Source of the DNA: Bacteroidales bacterium
Lineage (GTDB): Bacteria; Bacteroidota; Bacteroidia; Bacteroidales; B18-G4
Direction: 5' to 3'
DNA: 64,000 nt
Assembly (NCBI GenBank): GCA_040775045.1
Contig: JAXGTH010000001.1
Location: 1,117 to 65,116 of the forward strand
Position numbers and translations under genes: made by a program
Part shown: positions 9,469 through 22,000 of the stretch, piece after piece
Layout: each line of letters opens with the position of its first letter
Position numbering within the stretch: position 1 is the first letter of the stretch
Notes under the pieces: model-generated
What the model was told of the DNA's origin: nothing
Database searches by the model: none
Seen by the model: the letters and a program-made list of their open reading frames with translations, nothing else

Positions 9469-10440
9469 TCAGGAATCCTTCTTTTTCTCATCCCGGTCGC
9501 GGCCGTAGGCGGCGATGATCTTGCTCACGAGTTTGTGCCGGATGATATCGCTCTCGTCGAGGTAGATGAATTCAATATCCCTGGTCCCCTTGAGGATCTT
9601 CTGTGAATGCACCAGGCCGGAGATCTGTTTCGGGGGCAGGTCGATCTGGGTAATGTCGCCGGTCACGATGAACTTTGATGATCGCCCCATGCGGGTGAGG
9701 AACATCTTGAGCTGGTTGGGCGTGGTATTCTGTGCTTCGTCGAGGATGGCAAAGGCGTGGTCGAGGGTACGGCCCCGCATGAAGGCCAGGGGAGCCACCT
9801 CAATGGTGCCGTCTTCAAGGTATGCCAGCAGTTTCTGGGTGGGGAGCATATCCCTGAGGGCGTCATACAGCGGCTGGAGGTAAGGGTCCAGTTTGTCCTT
9901 GAGGTCGCCGGGCAGGAATCCCAGGTTTTCGCCGGCCTCCACGGCCGGCCTGGTGAGGATGATCCTCTTCACCTCCTTGTTCTTCAGGGCCCTCACGGCA
10001 AGGGCTACGGCGGTATACGTCTTTCCCGTCCCGGCGGGGCCGATGGCGAAGATCAGGTCGTTATTGTCGCTGCCCGTAACCATCTTCCGCTGGTTGGCCG
10101 TTCGCGCCTTAACCAGCAGTCCCTCGCGGCCGAAAACCAGCACGTCGCCGCTTTTCTCGACGACGGCCTGCTCCGTGGTGCCGTTATCGTCGGAACCCAT
10201 GATCTGCAGCACATCATTCTCGGTGATCTTGCCGAAACGTTCGTAGGAGGTGAGGAGCAGCGAAAAGCGCCGTTCAAACTCATCCATCTCCTTTTCGGTT
10301 CCTGCTATCTTGATCAGGTCGCCCCTGGCAATGATCCTGAGCTGCGGGAACAATTTGATCATAAGGTTGAGATGGCTGTCGTTAACACCGTAGACCTCTA
10401 ACGGGCTGTAGGCTTCAATGGAGATGGTCTTTTCGTTCAT
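9469..10440 (-). CDS. phoH: PhoH-family ATPase
   Basis: Walker A 'GPAGTGKTYTAVALAV', plus 'LDEAQN' and 'TGDITQIDLP'. Confidence 0.9.
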   Translation of the reverse strand: MNEKTISIEAYSPLEVYGVNDSHLNLMIKLFPQLRIIARGDLIKIAGTEKEMDEFERRFSLLLTSYERFGKITENDVLQIMGSDDNGTTEQAVVEKSGDVLVFGREGLLVKARTANQRKMVTGSDNNDLIFAIGPAGTGKTYTAVALAVRALKNKEVKRIILTRPAVEAGENLGFLPGDLKDKLDPYLQPLYDALRDMLPTQKLLAYLEDGTIEVAPLAFMRGRTLDHAFAILDEAQNTTPNQLKMFLTRMGRSSKFIVTGDITQIDLPPKQISGLVHSQKILKGTRDIEFIYLDESDIIRHKLVSKIIAAYGRDRDEKKKDS

Positions 10441-10484
10441 TCAGTTGTGATAAACAGATCTTATTACCGCTTGTGTTCGTATCC

Positions 10485-10532
10485 CAAAAATAATTAAAAA
10501 ACGCATTGGTATATCCTAAATTATTACTTTTG
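10485..10532. promoter_or_regulatory. Divergent -7 boxes: TATTTTTG (minus, phoH) and TACTTTTG (plus, DUF62 gene)
   Basis: CAAAAATA lies at 10485-10492 and TACTTTTG at 10525-10532. The latter sits inside the long ORF-track version of the next gene, which argues for the ATG 10581 start. Confidence 0.4.
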
Positions 10533-10580
10533 ATAGCAGTTTTGAGCGAGAAGACCGAACAGCAGCAACAGAGATCATAC

Positions 10581-11357
10581 ATGCCCGTCATCACACTGAC
10601 CAGCGACTGGGGGATCAAGGACCATTACCTTGCATCTGTGAAGGGTGCCATCATGAAACAGGCTCCCGGTACAGGCATCGTCGACATCTCTCACATGATC
10701 ACCCCGCACGATCTTACCGAGGCCGCATTTGTGATCAGGAATTGTTATCGTGATTTCCCTGCAGGGACCATCCACATCATCGGGGTCAGCACGGAGGAGT
10801 CGGAGCGGTCGCCCCATACGGCTATCCTGGCCGGAGGGCAGTATTTCATCGGGGCCGACAACGGCATTTTTTCGCTCATCTTCGACGAGCCTCCCGAAAA
10901 GATCGTGGAGATCACGCTTATGCAGGATTCGGAGTATTTCACCTTTTCATCCCGTGACCGCTTCGTAAAGGCAGCGGCCCTGCTTGCGCAGGGCGAGGAT
11001 ATTACCGCCCTTGGCCCCGAAAGGGACAGCATCAACGAAAAGATCCTTTTCGCCCCCGTGGCTGAAAAGGATGTGATCAAGGGGCTTGTCATATATGTCG
11101 ACAATTACGGGAACCTGATCACGAACATCCATCGCAACAGGTTCAGGGAGGTTGGAAGGAACAGGGCATTCTCCATCATCGTGCGCACGGAGGAGATCCG
11201 GCGCATCCATGAATCGTACGCCGACGTTCCGGTAGGGGAGCTGCTGGCCCTCTTCGGATCGCACGGCTTCCTGGAGATCGCCATCAACAACGGTACGGCC
11301 GGCGGCCTGCTGGGCCTCAACCCTACCGACACGGTCAGGGTTGAGTTCAGGGATTGA
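10581..11357 (+). CDS. SAM hydrolase / SAM-dependent halogenase-family protein (DUF62)
   Basis: 'MPVITLTSDWGIKDHYLASVKGAI' is the typical DUF62 N-terminus. Confidence 0.75.
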   Translation: MPVITLTSDWGIKDHYLASVKGAIMKQAPGTGIVDISHMITPHDLTEAAFVIRNCYRDFPAGTIHIIGVSTEESERSPHTAILAGGQYFIGADNGIFSLIFDEPPEKIVEITLMQDSEYFTFSSRDRFVKAAALLAQGEDITALGPERDSINEKILFAPVAEKDVIKGLVIYVDNYGNLITNIHRNRFREVGRNRAFSIIVRTEEIRRIHESYADVPVGELLALFGSHGFLEIAINNGTAGGLLGLNPTDTVRVEFRD

Positions 11358-11446
11358 TCTTTTGCCTGATACTATATTCACGTTCTCTGCGTTTCCATAA
11401 AAATCACTATTTTAGCGCCCTGCTAAAGCACATCATCTGGGCACCT

Positions 11447-12178
11447 ATGTTTGCATTATTACGTAAGGAAATATCCGGATTTCTCAGTTCACTCATCGGC
11501 TATGTGGTGATCGTCGTCTTCCTGCTGGTGGTGAGTTTTTTCCTGTGGGTGATCCGCTTCGGGCAGAATATCATTGCCAACGGCTATGCCAGCATCGACG
11601 GGCTTTTTAGCATTGCACCCATGGTTTTCCTGTTCCTCATCCCGGCCATCACCATGCGCATGTTTGCCGAAGAGAAGAAATCAGGGACCATCGAATTGCT
11701 GCTCACGCAGCCGCTTTCCGACACCAGGATCATCCTGGCAAAGTTCTTTGCCGGTTTCTTCCTTGTTGTTTTCGCCCTCTTGCCCACCCTTGTGTATTAT
11801 TACTCCGTATACCAGCTGGGCATGCCCAAGGGCAATATCGATGCAGGGGCCATGTGGGGTTCATATATAGGTCTGCTTTTCCTGGGGGCAGCCTTCGTGG
11901 CCATAGGCCTCTTCGCCTCATCAATCACCGATAACCAGATCGTATCCTTTATCCTGGCAGCGCTGCTGTCGGCATTTTTCTATATCGGCTTTGAATTTCT
12001 CTGGCCGCTCGATATTTTGCAGCATGTAGGTCTGATCATCTCTTCCCTTGGCATTTATGCCCATTATGAGTCCATCAGCCGCGGGGTTGTCGATACGCGC
12101 GACCTATTGTATTTCATCAGCCTTATCGCATTTTTCCTGATGCTGACCAGGTTCTCGCTGGCCAGCAGGAAATGGTAG
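11447..12178 (+). CDS. gldF: Gliding-motility-associated ABC transporter permease GldF (ABC-2 type)
   Basis: 'MFALLRKEISGFLSSLIGYVVI', 'FAEEKKSGTIELLLTQP', multiple TM helices, and synteny with gldG. Confidence 0.75.
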   Translation: MFALLRKEISGFLSSLIGYVVIVVFLLVVSFFLWVIRFGQNIIANGYASIDGLFSIAPMVFLFLIPAITMRMFAEEKKSGTIELLLTQPLSDTRIILAKFFAGFFLVVFALLPTLVYYYSVYQLGMPKGNIDAGAMWGSYIGLLFLGAAFVAIGLFASSITDNQIVSFILAALLSAFFYIGFEFLWPLDILQHVGLIISSLGIYAHYESISRGVVDTRDLLYFISLIAFFLMLTRFSLASRKW

Positions 12179-13956
12179 GATATTTACGAAACAATGAAAC
12201 AGAAGCAATGGGCAAAAAGAAGATAAACCAGAAACGCAGCAGCTGGATAAGGCTTGCACTGGGTATCGTGATCATTGTGTTCGTGAATCTGATCGGCGCC
12301 CAGCTGTTTACCCGTATCGACCTGACGGCCGAGAAAAGGTATACCGTGAGCCCCGAAACCAGGGAGATGCTCCGCAACCTCGACGATATCGTTTATTTCC
12401 AGGTTTACCTCGAAGGCGACCTTACACCAAAGTACAAGAGGCTGCAGCGGGCTGTCAGGGAGATGCTCGACGAGTTCAGGGTGTTTTCCGACAGGGTACA
12501 GTATGATTTCATCAATCCCTCTGCCAGCGATGATCCCAAGGAACGCTTCAACACCCATGAAAACCTGAAGGACCGTGGCCTCATCGCCGCGGAGATCAGG
12601 GAAGATGATGCAGAAGGGGTCAAGTTCCGGGTGATCTTCCCCGGTACCATCGTATCCTATAAAGGCAGGGAAATGGCCGTTCAGCTTCTCCGCCCGGAGC
12701 GGGGTGCCACCGAGGATGAGATGGTCAACCGTTCGGTCGAGAACATGGAATATAACCTCGCCTATGCCATCAATCTGCTTACCAACGACGAAAAACCCCG
12801 GATCGCCTTTGTTGAGGGGCATGGGGAATATGAGCTGGAAAGGGTTGCCGACATCACCAGGGCACTACAGGAAAACTACCTCGTGGAGAGGGTAAGGCTG
12901 GCCGAACGGGTGAACGCGCTCACCGAAAGGGAGGAGACCGACACCGGCAAATACGTGATCAGGAACAAATACCAGGCCGTGGTGATCGCCGGCCCCGACT
13001 CGGTATTCAGCGAAAAGGACAAGTTCATCATCGACCAGTACATCATGCAGGGGGGGAAGGTGCTGTGGCTTGTGGATCCCGTGTTTGCGAGCATGGACAG
13101 CCTGCAGTTCGGCGGGGCCACCATGGGCATCACCAGCAACATCAACCTCGACGATATGCTGTTCAACTACGGGGTAAGGCTGAACACCGACCTCATCATG
13201 GACCTGGTTGCCCTGCCCATCCCGGTGACCACGGGCGAGGTGGCCGGACAGCCGCAGATCGACTTCTTTCCGTGGTTCTTCTTCCCGCTGGTGACGCCCC
13301 AGGTCAGCCACCCGGTGGTGAGCAACCTCAGCGCCGTGATGACCAATTTCGTGAGCAGCATCGACACCATCGGCATCCCCGGCATAACGAAGACCTACCT
13401 GCTGCATTCGTCGCCCTATGCCCGCAGCATGAACGCCCCGGTATACATTAACCTGGAGATCCTGGGACTTGAACCCGACCAGCGGCTTTACAATGAGCAG
13501 TATTTGCCGGTAGCCGTATTGCTCGAAGGACAATTCCCCTCGCTATACCGCAACCGCATACCCCCTTCCCTCTCCGGGGCGAAAGAGATCGGCTATACAG
13601 ATATGAGCCGGCCCACAGCCATGATCGTGGTGTCCGATGCCGATGTGATCAGGAACCAGCTTCATTACTCCAGGGGGTACCCGCTGCCGCTGGGCTTCGA
13701 CCAGTATACGGAACAAAGCTTCGGAAACAAAAAATTCATCCTCAATGCCATCGATTACCTTACAGAAGGGTCGGAGCTGATCACGATCCGGTCGAGAGAC
13801 CTAAAACTCCGCCTGCTCGACAATCAATACCTCAAGAATAACGATCTGAAATGGAAACTGATCAATGTGGCCGTGCCCCCGCTGATGGTCATCATCTTCG
13901 GGTTGATCTATATCCTTTTCAGAAAGCGAAGATTCACCGTAAAAACCAGATCATAG
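12172..13956 (+). CDS. gldG: Gliding-associated ABC transporter accessory protein GldG
   Basis: It has N- and C-terminal TM helices flanking a large ABC_transp_aux-like domain and directly follows gldF. ATG 12172 overlaps the gldF stop; the alternative start ATG 12208 ('MGKKKINQ') is equally plausible. Confidence 0.7.
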   Translation: MVGYLRNNETEAMGKKKINQKRSSWIRLALGIVIIVFVNLIGAQLFTRIDLTAEKRYTVSPETREMLRNLDDIVYFQVYLEGDLTPKYKRLQRAVREMLDEFRVFSDRVQYDFINPSASDDPKERFNTHENLKDRGLIAAEIREDDAEGVKFRVIFPGTIVSYKGREMAVQLLRPERGATEDEMVNRSVENMEYNLAYAINLLTNDEKPRIAFVEGHGEYELERVADITRALQENYLVERVRLAERVNALTEREETDTGKYVIRNKYQAVVIAGPDSVFSEKDKFIIDQYIMQGGKVLWLVDPVFASMDSLQFGGATMGITSNINLDDMLFNYGVRLNTDLIMDLVALPIPVTTGEVAGQPQIDFFPWFFFPLVTPQVSHPVVSNLSAVMTNFVSSIDTIGIPGITKTYLLHSSPYARSMNAPVYINLEILGLEPDQRLYNEQYLPVAVLLEGQFPSLYRNRIPPSLSGAKEIGYTDMSRPTAMIVVSDADVIRNQLHYSRGYPLPLGFDQYTEQSFGNKKFILNAIDYLTEGSELITIRSRDLKLRLLDNQYLKNNDLKWKLINVAVPPLMVIIFGLIYILFRKRRFTVKTRS

Positions 13957-13959
13957 CCC

Positions 13960-15018
13960 ATGAAAAGAAACAGATCCCTGCTCATCATAACCATAGTGAT
14001 CGTGATCATCGGCGTGTTGTTTTACATCAACCGCCGCTACACCACCCTCGATGATTCCGAAAGCGGATTTGCCATTGAAGATACCGCTTCGGTAACCAGG
14101 ATCTTCATGGCCGATATGAACAACCGTACCGTGGAACTCACCAGGGAGGATGTTGGAAAATGGACCCTCAACGGTGAAAAGCCCGCGCACAACTATAATG
14201 TGACCATGCTGTTGCGGACCATGAAGGATCTCACGGTGAGGTATCCGGTACCCCTGGCAGCCAGAGACAATGTGATCAGGAGGATGGCCACCATTTCCCG
14301 CAAGGTGGAGATCTACCAGGAAAAATACCGCATCAACCTTTTCGACCGCATAAAGCTCTTCCCGCACGAAAAGCTGACCAGGACCTATTATGTGGGCGAT
14401 GCCACACAGGACAACATGGGGAACTATATGCTCATGGAAGGCGCCGAACAGCCCTATGTGGTTTTCCTGCCGAGCCTGAGGGGTTATATCTATCCGCGCT
14501 ATTCGACGGATGTGGACGACTGGCGCGACCATACGATATTCCGTACACCGCTCCAGGACTTTCGCTCGGTGAAGATCGAATTCTTTGAAGAGCCCGAAGA
14601 ATCGTTCATCGTTGAATCAGACGATGAAGGCCACTTTTCGTTTACCACCCTTTACGACCAGCAGCAAAAACCTTACGACACGCTGCGCATGCTCCAGTTT
14701 GTTACGGCCTTCAAGGACATCCGCTTTGAATCCATGCTGAACAACAAGCTCGAACCTGAATATATCGATTCGATCGCTTCGGGTCCTGTGGCCCATATCA
14801 TCACCCTCAGGGAAACCGATGGCGATGAGTTTGTGGTAAAGACCTTTCGCAAGGGCGGTATCAGCGAGTTGTACGAGGAGGACGGGGTAGGGCTTGAACC
14901 GTTCGATCTCGACAGGCTGTATGCCTTTATCAACGACGGAAAGGACTTCGTGCTGATACAGTATTTTGTTTTCGACAAGGTGCTTCGCAATGCATCTTAT
15001 CTGCAGAACAGGGAATAG
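13960..15018 (+). CDS. Membrane-anchored protein, probably DUF4340-type partner of GldG
   Basis: It has a single N-terminal TM 'LLIITIVIVIIGVLFY' and lies 3 nt after gldG. The family call rests on remembered synteny only. Confidence 0.55.
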   Translation: MKRNRSLLIITIVIVIIGVLFYINRRYTTLDDSESGFAIEDTASVTRIFMADMNNRTVELTREDVGKWTLNGEKPAHNYNVTMLLRTMKDLTVRYPVPLAARDNVIRRMATISRKVEIYQEKYRINLFDRIKLFPHEKLTRTYYVGDATQDNMGNYMLMEGAEQPYVVFLPSLRGYIYPRYSTDVDDWRDHTIFRTPLQDFRSVKIEFFEEPEESFIVESDDEGHFSFTTLYDQQQKPYDTLRMLQFVTAFKDIRFESMLNNKLEPEYIDSIASGPVAHIITLRETDGDEFVVKTFRKGGISELYEEDGVGLEPFDLDRLYAFINDGKDFVLIQYFVFDKVLRNASYLQNRE

Positions 15019-15036
15019 CGCACCTTCCCCCCGGGG

Positions 15037-16278
15037 ATGAACCTTAAAGCTTTGAAACTCCTCATCGTTACACAGTACTACCCGCCGGAGACCGGTGCAG
15101 CACAAAACCGGCTGCATGAGCTTGCCATCAGGCTAAAGGCTAACGGGGTCGGGGTGAGCGTGCTAACAGCCATGCCCAATTACCCGCAAATGAGGGTTTA
15201 TGACGGTTACCGTGGCAGGTGCCGCATGAAGGAGGAGATCGACGGGATCACGGTTTACCGCTCCTGGATCTTTGCCGGAAGCAGCAGGTCGATCTTCATC
15301 CGGCTGCTCAATTATTTTTCTTTGGTGTTTACATCTTTTTTTGCCGGTTGGTTCCGAACAGGCAAATGTGACCTCATTATGTGCGAATCGCCTCCGCTTT
15401 TTCTGGGTATTTCAGCCTACCTGCTGTCGAAGGTCAAACGGGCCGGATTTGTGTTCAATGTTTCGGACCTCTGGCCCGAAAGTGCCGAAAAACTGGGACT
15501 AATCAGGTCACGCTTCCTGCTGGGCCTCAGCACCCGGCTCGAAGAGTTTTTGTACCGTAAAGCCCTGCTTGTGACCGGCCAGACACGGGGCATTGTCGAT
15601 AACATTTCAGGGCGGTTTCCGGCAAAAAAGGTTTACTGGCTTCCCAACGGGGCCAACCTCCGGCTTTACGAACCCGGGCGGATAAGAGGGAACTGGCGTA
15701 ATGATCATGGTTACAGGGATGAGGATTTCATCATCTTCTATGGCGGTATACTGGGGCATGCCCAGGGACTGGAGGTCATCCTCAGGGCGGCCCACAGGCT
15801 GAGGGAACATAAGGATATCAGCTTCGTGATCATGGGCAATGGACCCCGGAGGGAATGGCTGATCAATGAAAGGGACAGGCTGGCGCTGAAAAATGTAAGT
15901 TTCTTCGATACCGTTATAAAATCGAAGGTCCCGGTCATTTTGAATACCATTGATGTTTCAGTGATCCCCCTCAGGAAACTCGACCTGTTCAGGGGGGCCA
16001 TCCCTTCGAAGATCTTTGAGAGCCTGGCCATGAAGAAGCCCGTATTGCTCGGCGTGGAAGGTGAAGCGAAGCAACTCTTTATCGATGACGGGAAATGCGG
16101 CCTGGCCTTTGAACCTGAAAACGACCTCGATCTATCGGAAAAGATATTACTTTTATACCGCGACAGGCAAATGCTTTTGCAGATGGGTGAAAATGCCAGG
16201 AGCTACGTGGAGGAGAAATTCGACCGCGACGTCATCACCGACGACTTTTATCAGGTACTTACCAATATTGAACGATAA
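15037..16278 (+). CDS. Glycosyltransferase family 4 (WcaI-like)
   Basis: 'LIVTQYYPPETGAAQNRLHELA' is a WcaI-like N-terminus, and there is a C-terminal GT-B 'E..A..KPV' region. Confidence 0.85.
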   Translation: MNLKALKLLIVTQYYPPETGAAQNRLHELAIRLKANGVGVSVLTAMPNYPQMRVYDGYRGRCRMKEEIDGITVYRSWIFAGSSRSIFIRLLNYFSLVFTSFFAGWFRTGKCDLIMCESPPLFLGISAYLLSKVKRAGFVFNVSDLWPESAEKLGLIRSRFLLGLSTRLEEFLYRKALLVTGQTRGIVDNISGRFPAKKVYWLPNGANLRLYEPGRIRGNWRNDHGYRDEDFIIFYGGILGHAQGLEVILRAAHRLREHKDISFVIMGNGPRREWLINERDRLALKNVSFFDTVIKSKVPVILNTIDVSVIPLRKLDLFRGAIPSKIFESLAMKKPVLLGVEGEAKQLFIDDGKCGLAFEPENDLDLSEKILLLYRDRQMLLQMGENARSYVEEKFDRDVITDDFYQVLTNIER

Positions 16279-17542
16279 GATCTTGTTCCTCAGCAATAAA
16301 TATATCGCCCGGCTTTACCAGTACGAACTGATCGCCCTTGCCTTCCTCCTTCCCATTTACAGGAAAGTGATCCCTTATGCCATTGCCCTGATCGTGGTCA
16401 CCTGGTTCCTCGAGGGTGATTTCATGGCAAAGATCAAACGAGTGGTTAATTCAAGGCACAGGCGCTACACTCTGCTTTTCGCCTCCCTTTATGTTGTCTA
16501 TGCCATAGGATTGCTATATACGGAAAACCTGGGTGTCGGGTTTTTTGACCTGGAGGTGAAACTATCGCTGTTTATTTTCCCTGTGGTGTTCAGCAGTTTA
16601 CTGCCGGAAGTGTTCACTCCGGTGAGGGCCCGTGGGGTACTCTGGGCATTTGTTTTCGGTGTCTTTGCTTCGATGCTCCTGTGCTACGGCGTGGCCCTTT
16701 CGGATTACATCAAAAGTGGTTCGCTGACGGCTTTCTATTATAACCGGCTTTCGGTGCTTATCCATCCTTCTTACCTGTCGATGTATACCAGTTTTGCCAT
16801 CGCCATATTATTATATTTTCTATACAGGGGATTTATTATCGGCCGCATCAGACAGGGACTTGCCATATTGCTTGTCATGATGTTCGGGTTTTTTGTGGTC
16901 ATGCTGAGTTCCAAGGCAGGGATACTGGGCCTTGCATTCATCATCGCCCTATTTGCCGCCTACCTGATCCTTGCCGAACGAAAGCCGGTGAAAGGCCTTT
17001 TATCCGGTATGGCAATGACTGCCGGATTCCTCATACTACTGATGCTTTTTCCTGCCTCTTCGGCGCGTTTCGAGCAGACGCGCGACGCCCTGCAGCGGGC
17101 CGATGTCGCTGCTGATGAGATCGCCAACAGCTCAGGCGAACGCATCATGATATGGTGGTATTCCTTCGAGATCACCAACGAACATTTCCTGGGTGGCGTG
17201 GGCACCGGCGACGTGAAAGCCAACATGCTTCAGAAGTACCGTGAAAAGGGAATGGCCAATGCCCTGGCCCTGGAGCTGAATGCCCATAACCAGTACCTGC
17301 AGACCATGATCGCGATCGGCGTCATCGGGCTCATCGTGCTGATGCTCTGCCTGGTGCTGCCATTATTGTACAGCATGGAGCACCGGCATTACCTTTACCT
17401 TGCATTCCTCATCCTTGCCGGGTTCAATTTCCTCTTTGAGTCGATGCTCGAAACACAGGCCGGCGTGGTGTTCTATGCTTTCTTCAACGCTTACCTTTTT
17501 GCCATAATAAAAGATCCCGCCTCTGATGAAGCGGGATCATAA
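16268..17542 (+). CDS. O-antigen ligase-like (Wzy_C) polytopic membrane protein
   Basis: It has more than 10 TM helices and a central periplasmic loop. The ORF-track start (16061) overlaps GT4 by 218 nt. TTG 16268 overlaps the GT4 stop and is my preferred start, but this is uncertain. Confidence 0.55.
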   Translation: MNDKILFLSNKYIARLYQYELIALAFLLPIYRKVIPYAIALIVVTWFLEGDFMAKIKRVVNSRHRRYTLLFASLYVVYAIGLLYTENLGVGFFDLEVKLSLFIFPVVFSSLLPEVFTPVRARGVLWAFVFGVFASMLLCYGVALSDYIKSGSLTAFYYNRLSVLIHPSYLSMYTSFAIAILLYFLYRGFIIGRIRQGLAILLVMMFGFFVVMLSSKAGILGLAFIIALFAAYLILAERKPVKGLLSGMAMTAGFLILLMLFPASSARFEQTRDALQRADVAADEIANSSGERIMIWWYSFEITNEHFLGGVGTGDVKANMLQKYREKGMANALALELNAHNQYLQTMIAIGVIGLIVLMLCLVLPLLYSMEHRHYLYLAFLILAGFNFLFESMLETQAGVVFYAFFNAYLFAIIKDPASDEAGS

Positions 17543-17560
17543 TAAGATTTAAGGGTACCG

Positions 17561-18919
<1,359 letters not shown>

Positions 18920-19087
18920 TTAACGATGTGTTTGGTTGTCGAAAAATTGATTTTTGTGAAAATGATCACAATATTACTTAAAAAAAAACAAGTAAAGCAA
19001 GAAACACATATTATTTTGATTCTAAATAACATTGTACCTTAACACCTTCCATTCACAGGGAATTCGTAACTTTACGACAGGATAAAC

Positions 19088-22000
19088 ATGACCTATCAGA
19101 AGCCCATGGAAGAGCACAGCAAGCAGGATAAAGATCTTAAAAGACTACAGGCCGAAGCCCACGAACGGCTCAAGGAACTGGCCGCCATCAACCAGACCAC
19201 ACAGATCCTAACAGAAGGGAAAAGCATAGAAGAAACTCTTGGCAAACTGGTCGATATCCTTCCTCCTGCATGGCAGTACCCTGAATATACTGCTTCGCGG
19301 ATCACTTTTGGCGACCTGGAATTTACCAGCCGGAATTTTGTACCCACCAGCTGGGTGCAGAAGCAGTCGTTCGAAACCATCGACGGCATCAAGGGGAACA
19401 TCGAGGTCTATTACCTGCGTGAGTTCCCCGAACTTGACGAAGGCCCTTTCATGAAGGAAGAAAGGCACCTGATCAACAACCTGGCGGGGCTGATCACAGG
19501 CTACCTGAACAGCATCAAGGGCAAGAGCCTGCTCAGCAAGGAGCGCGACCGTATCCTCGAGGGCAATACCCGCAAATCGGTAACAACGCCTCTGGTCCAC
19601 AGCAGGCAGCTGCTTCAGAAATTTCTCAACAAGAGTAATTACGACCGTGACATATACCACGACCTGATGCCTTTCAAGGTGAAGGAGATCCTGCTGGTGG
19701 CCACCCTGTACGATGCCTACAGCATCGAAAAGGAAGGCCGGTTCTCCGAACACGTCCTGGGAGAATATCACCAGCTGAACCTGACTTCCGTCCCCAGGAT
19801 CACCGGGGTTTCCAATGAACAGGAAGCCATGGAGCAATTGCGGACAAGGCATTTCGACCTGGTGATCCTCATGATGGGAGCCGACAAGAAATCGCCCATG
19901 GCCCTGAGCTGCCAGATCAAGAACGAATATCCCTATATACCCGTCTTCCTGTTGCTCAACAACAACAGCGACATCGAATACGTGATGAAACGCAAGGCGT
20001 CCACGCAACATATCGATAAGGTCTTCGTCTGGAACGGCGAGTCGAAGGTGTTCTTTGCCATGATCAAGCACGTGGAGGACAAGATCAATGCAGAGAACGA
20101 CACCAGCGTAGGAATGGTCAGGGTGATCCTCCTGGTTGAGGATTCGCCCCAGTACTACTCCCGGTACCTGCCCATGCTCTATAATATCGTGCTCGAACAG
20201 ACCAAAAGGATCATCGACGATGTAAGTACGGACGAACTTTACAAGGTACTGAAACTCAGGGCCAGGCCTAAGATACTGCTGGCTTCAACCTTTGAGGAGG
20301 CCAAAGAGGTGATCGACAATTACAGGGATTACCTGCTCTGTCTTATCACCGACGTTAAGTTCCCGAGGAATGGGGAAGAGGACGAGGATGCTGGCCTCGA
20401 ACTGGTGAAATATGCCCGCAAAGCCATTAAGGACCTTCCCACGATCATACAATCCTCCGATGAGTCGGTGCTCGAGAAAACTTACAAGCTGAAAGCGACT
20501 TTCATCAACAAGAACTCGGAAACCCTGTCGCAGGATTTCAGGAGTTTTATCACGCACTACCTGGGATTCGGGAATTTCGTCTACAGGAACGAGAAGGGCA
20601 AGATCTTCGGGGTGGCCAGGTCGCTGAAGGAATTTGAAAAACAGTTGCAGACCATCCCTGATGAGTCGCTGCTGCATCATGCCAAAAAAGACCATTTTTC
20701 ACTGTGGCTCATGGCAAGGGGTGAAGTGCAGGCTGCAAAGATCCTCAATCCGCATAAGGTAAGTGATTTCAGCAGCCCGCAGAAGGTACGCGAATACATG
20801 CTTGAGATCATCACGAAATTCAGGAACGAGCAGGACAGGGGCAAGATCATTCCTTTCGACAAATCAGCCATCTCCGACGAATCCAATATCGTTTCCCTCA
20901 TGGAAGGATCACTCGGGGGGAAGGGCCGTGGCATCGCTTTTATCAACACGCTGATCTACAATTATGAGTTCAGCCAGTATGTGCCCGATATCCATGTTAA
21001 AGCGCCCAAAACCCTGCTGGTCGGCACGGAGGAGTTTGAATATTTCATGGGGCGCAACAAGCTTTACGATCTGGTGCTCAACGAGATGGATTATACCGTT
21101 GTCAAGAAGGAGTTTCTCAGGGCACCCCTCACCGATACCCTGGTGAAAAGGCTGAAGATCGTTCTGGAAGATATCCGTAAACCCCTGGCGATTCGATCGT
21201 CGGGGTTGTTCGAGGATTCCCTCGTACAACCCTTTGCCGGGATTTTCGAGACCTACATCCTGCCCAACAGTCATCCTGACCCCAGGGTTCGGCTTGAGCA
21301 GGTGATGGACGCGATCAGGCTTGTTTATGCGAGCGTATATTCCGAAACGGCCAGGGGTTATGTCAAGGCCATAAACTATAAGATCGAGGAGGAAAAGATG
21401 GCCGTTGTGATCCAGGAAGTGGTAGGCAATCATTACGGGCGTTATTTTTACCCTCATATCAGCGGGGTGGCCCAATCTTATAATTATTACCCGGTTTCGC
21501 ACATGCAGCCCGAGGAAGGCTTCGTGGTGGCAGCGATAGGCCTTGGCAAATACGTGGTGGAAGGGGAGAAGGCATACCGTTTCTCTCCGAAGTATCCCGA
21601 GATCGATATCAACAGTCCCAAGGACCAGTTCAAGAATTCGCAGGTACAGTTCTTTGCCGTGGATATGGAGAAGACCGAGCCAAACCTGCTCGAAGGCGAT
21701 ACGGCAGGCCTTGCCAGGCTCGACATCGATGATGCCGAGCAACACGGTACCTTGAAACATTGTGCATCGGTATTCAACCCGGACAACAACCAGATCATCC
21801 CGGGGCTGACGCATCAGGGCCCGCGCATCGTTAATTTTGCCAATATCCTCAAGTACGGGTATATCCCGCTGGCAAAGACCATAGAGGTGGTGCTTGATGT
21901 GGTGAAGGAAGCACTCGGGTCACCGGTGGAGATCGAATTTGCCATCGACCTGAACAAGGACAGGAGCGGTCTGGCATCTTTCTATCTGCTGCAAATAAAG

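Noticed and set aside
10506-10580. N-terminal extensions of the DUF62 gene (10506), gldF (11354), the CDF transporter (45540), hpt (41332 GTG), GYD (63823) and the coiled-coil gene (43938).
   Set aside because: The conserved family N-termini start at internal ATGs. In several cases an exact TAnnTTTG box lies inside the extension, or the extension overlaps a neighbouring gene.
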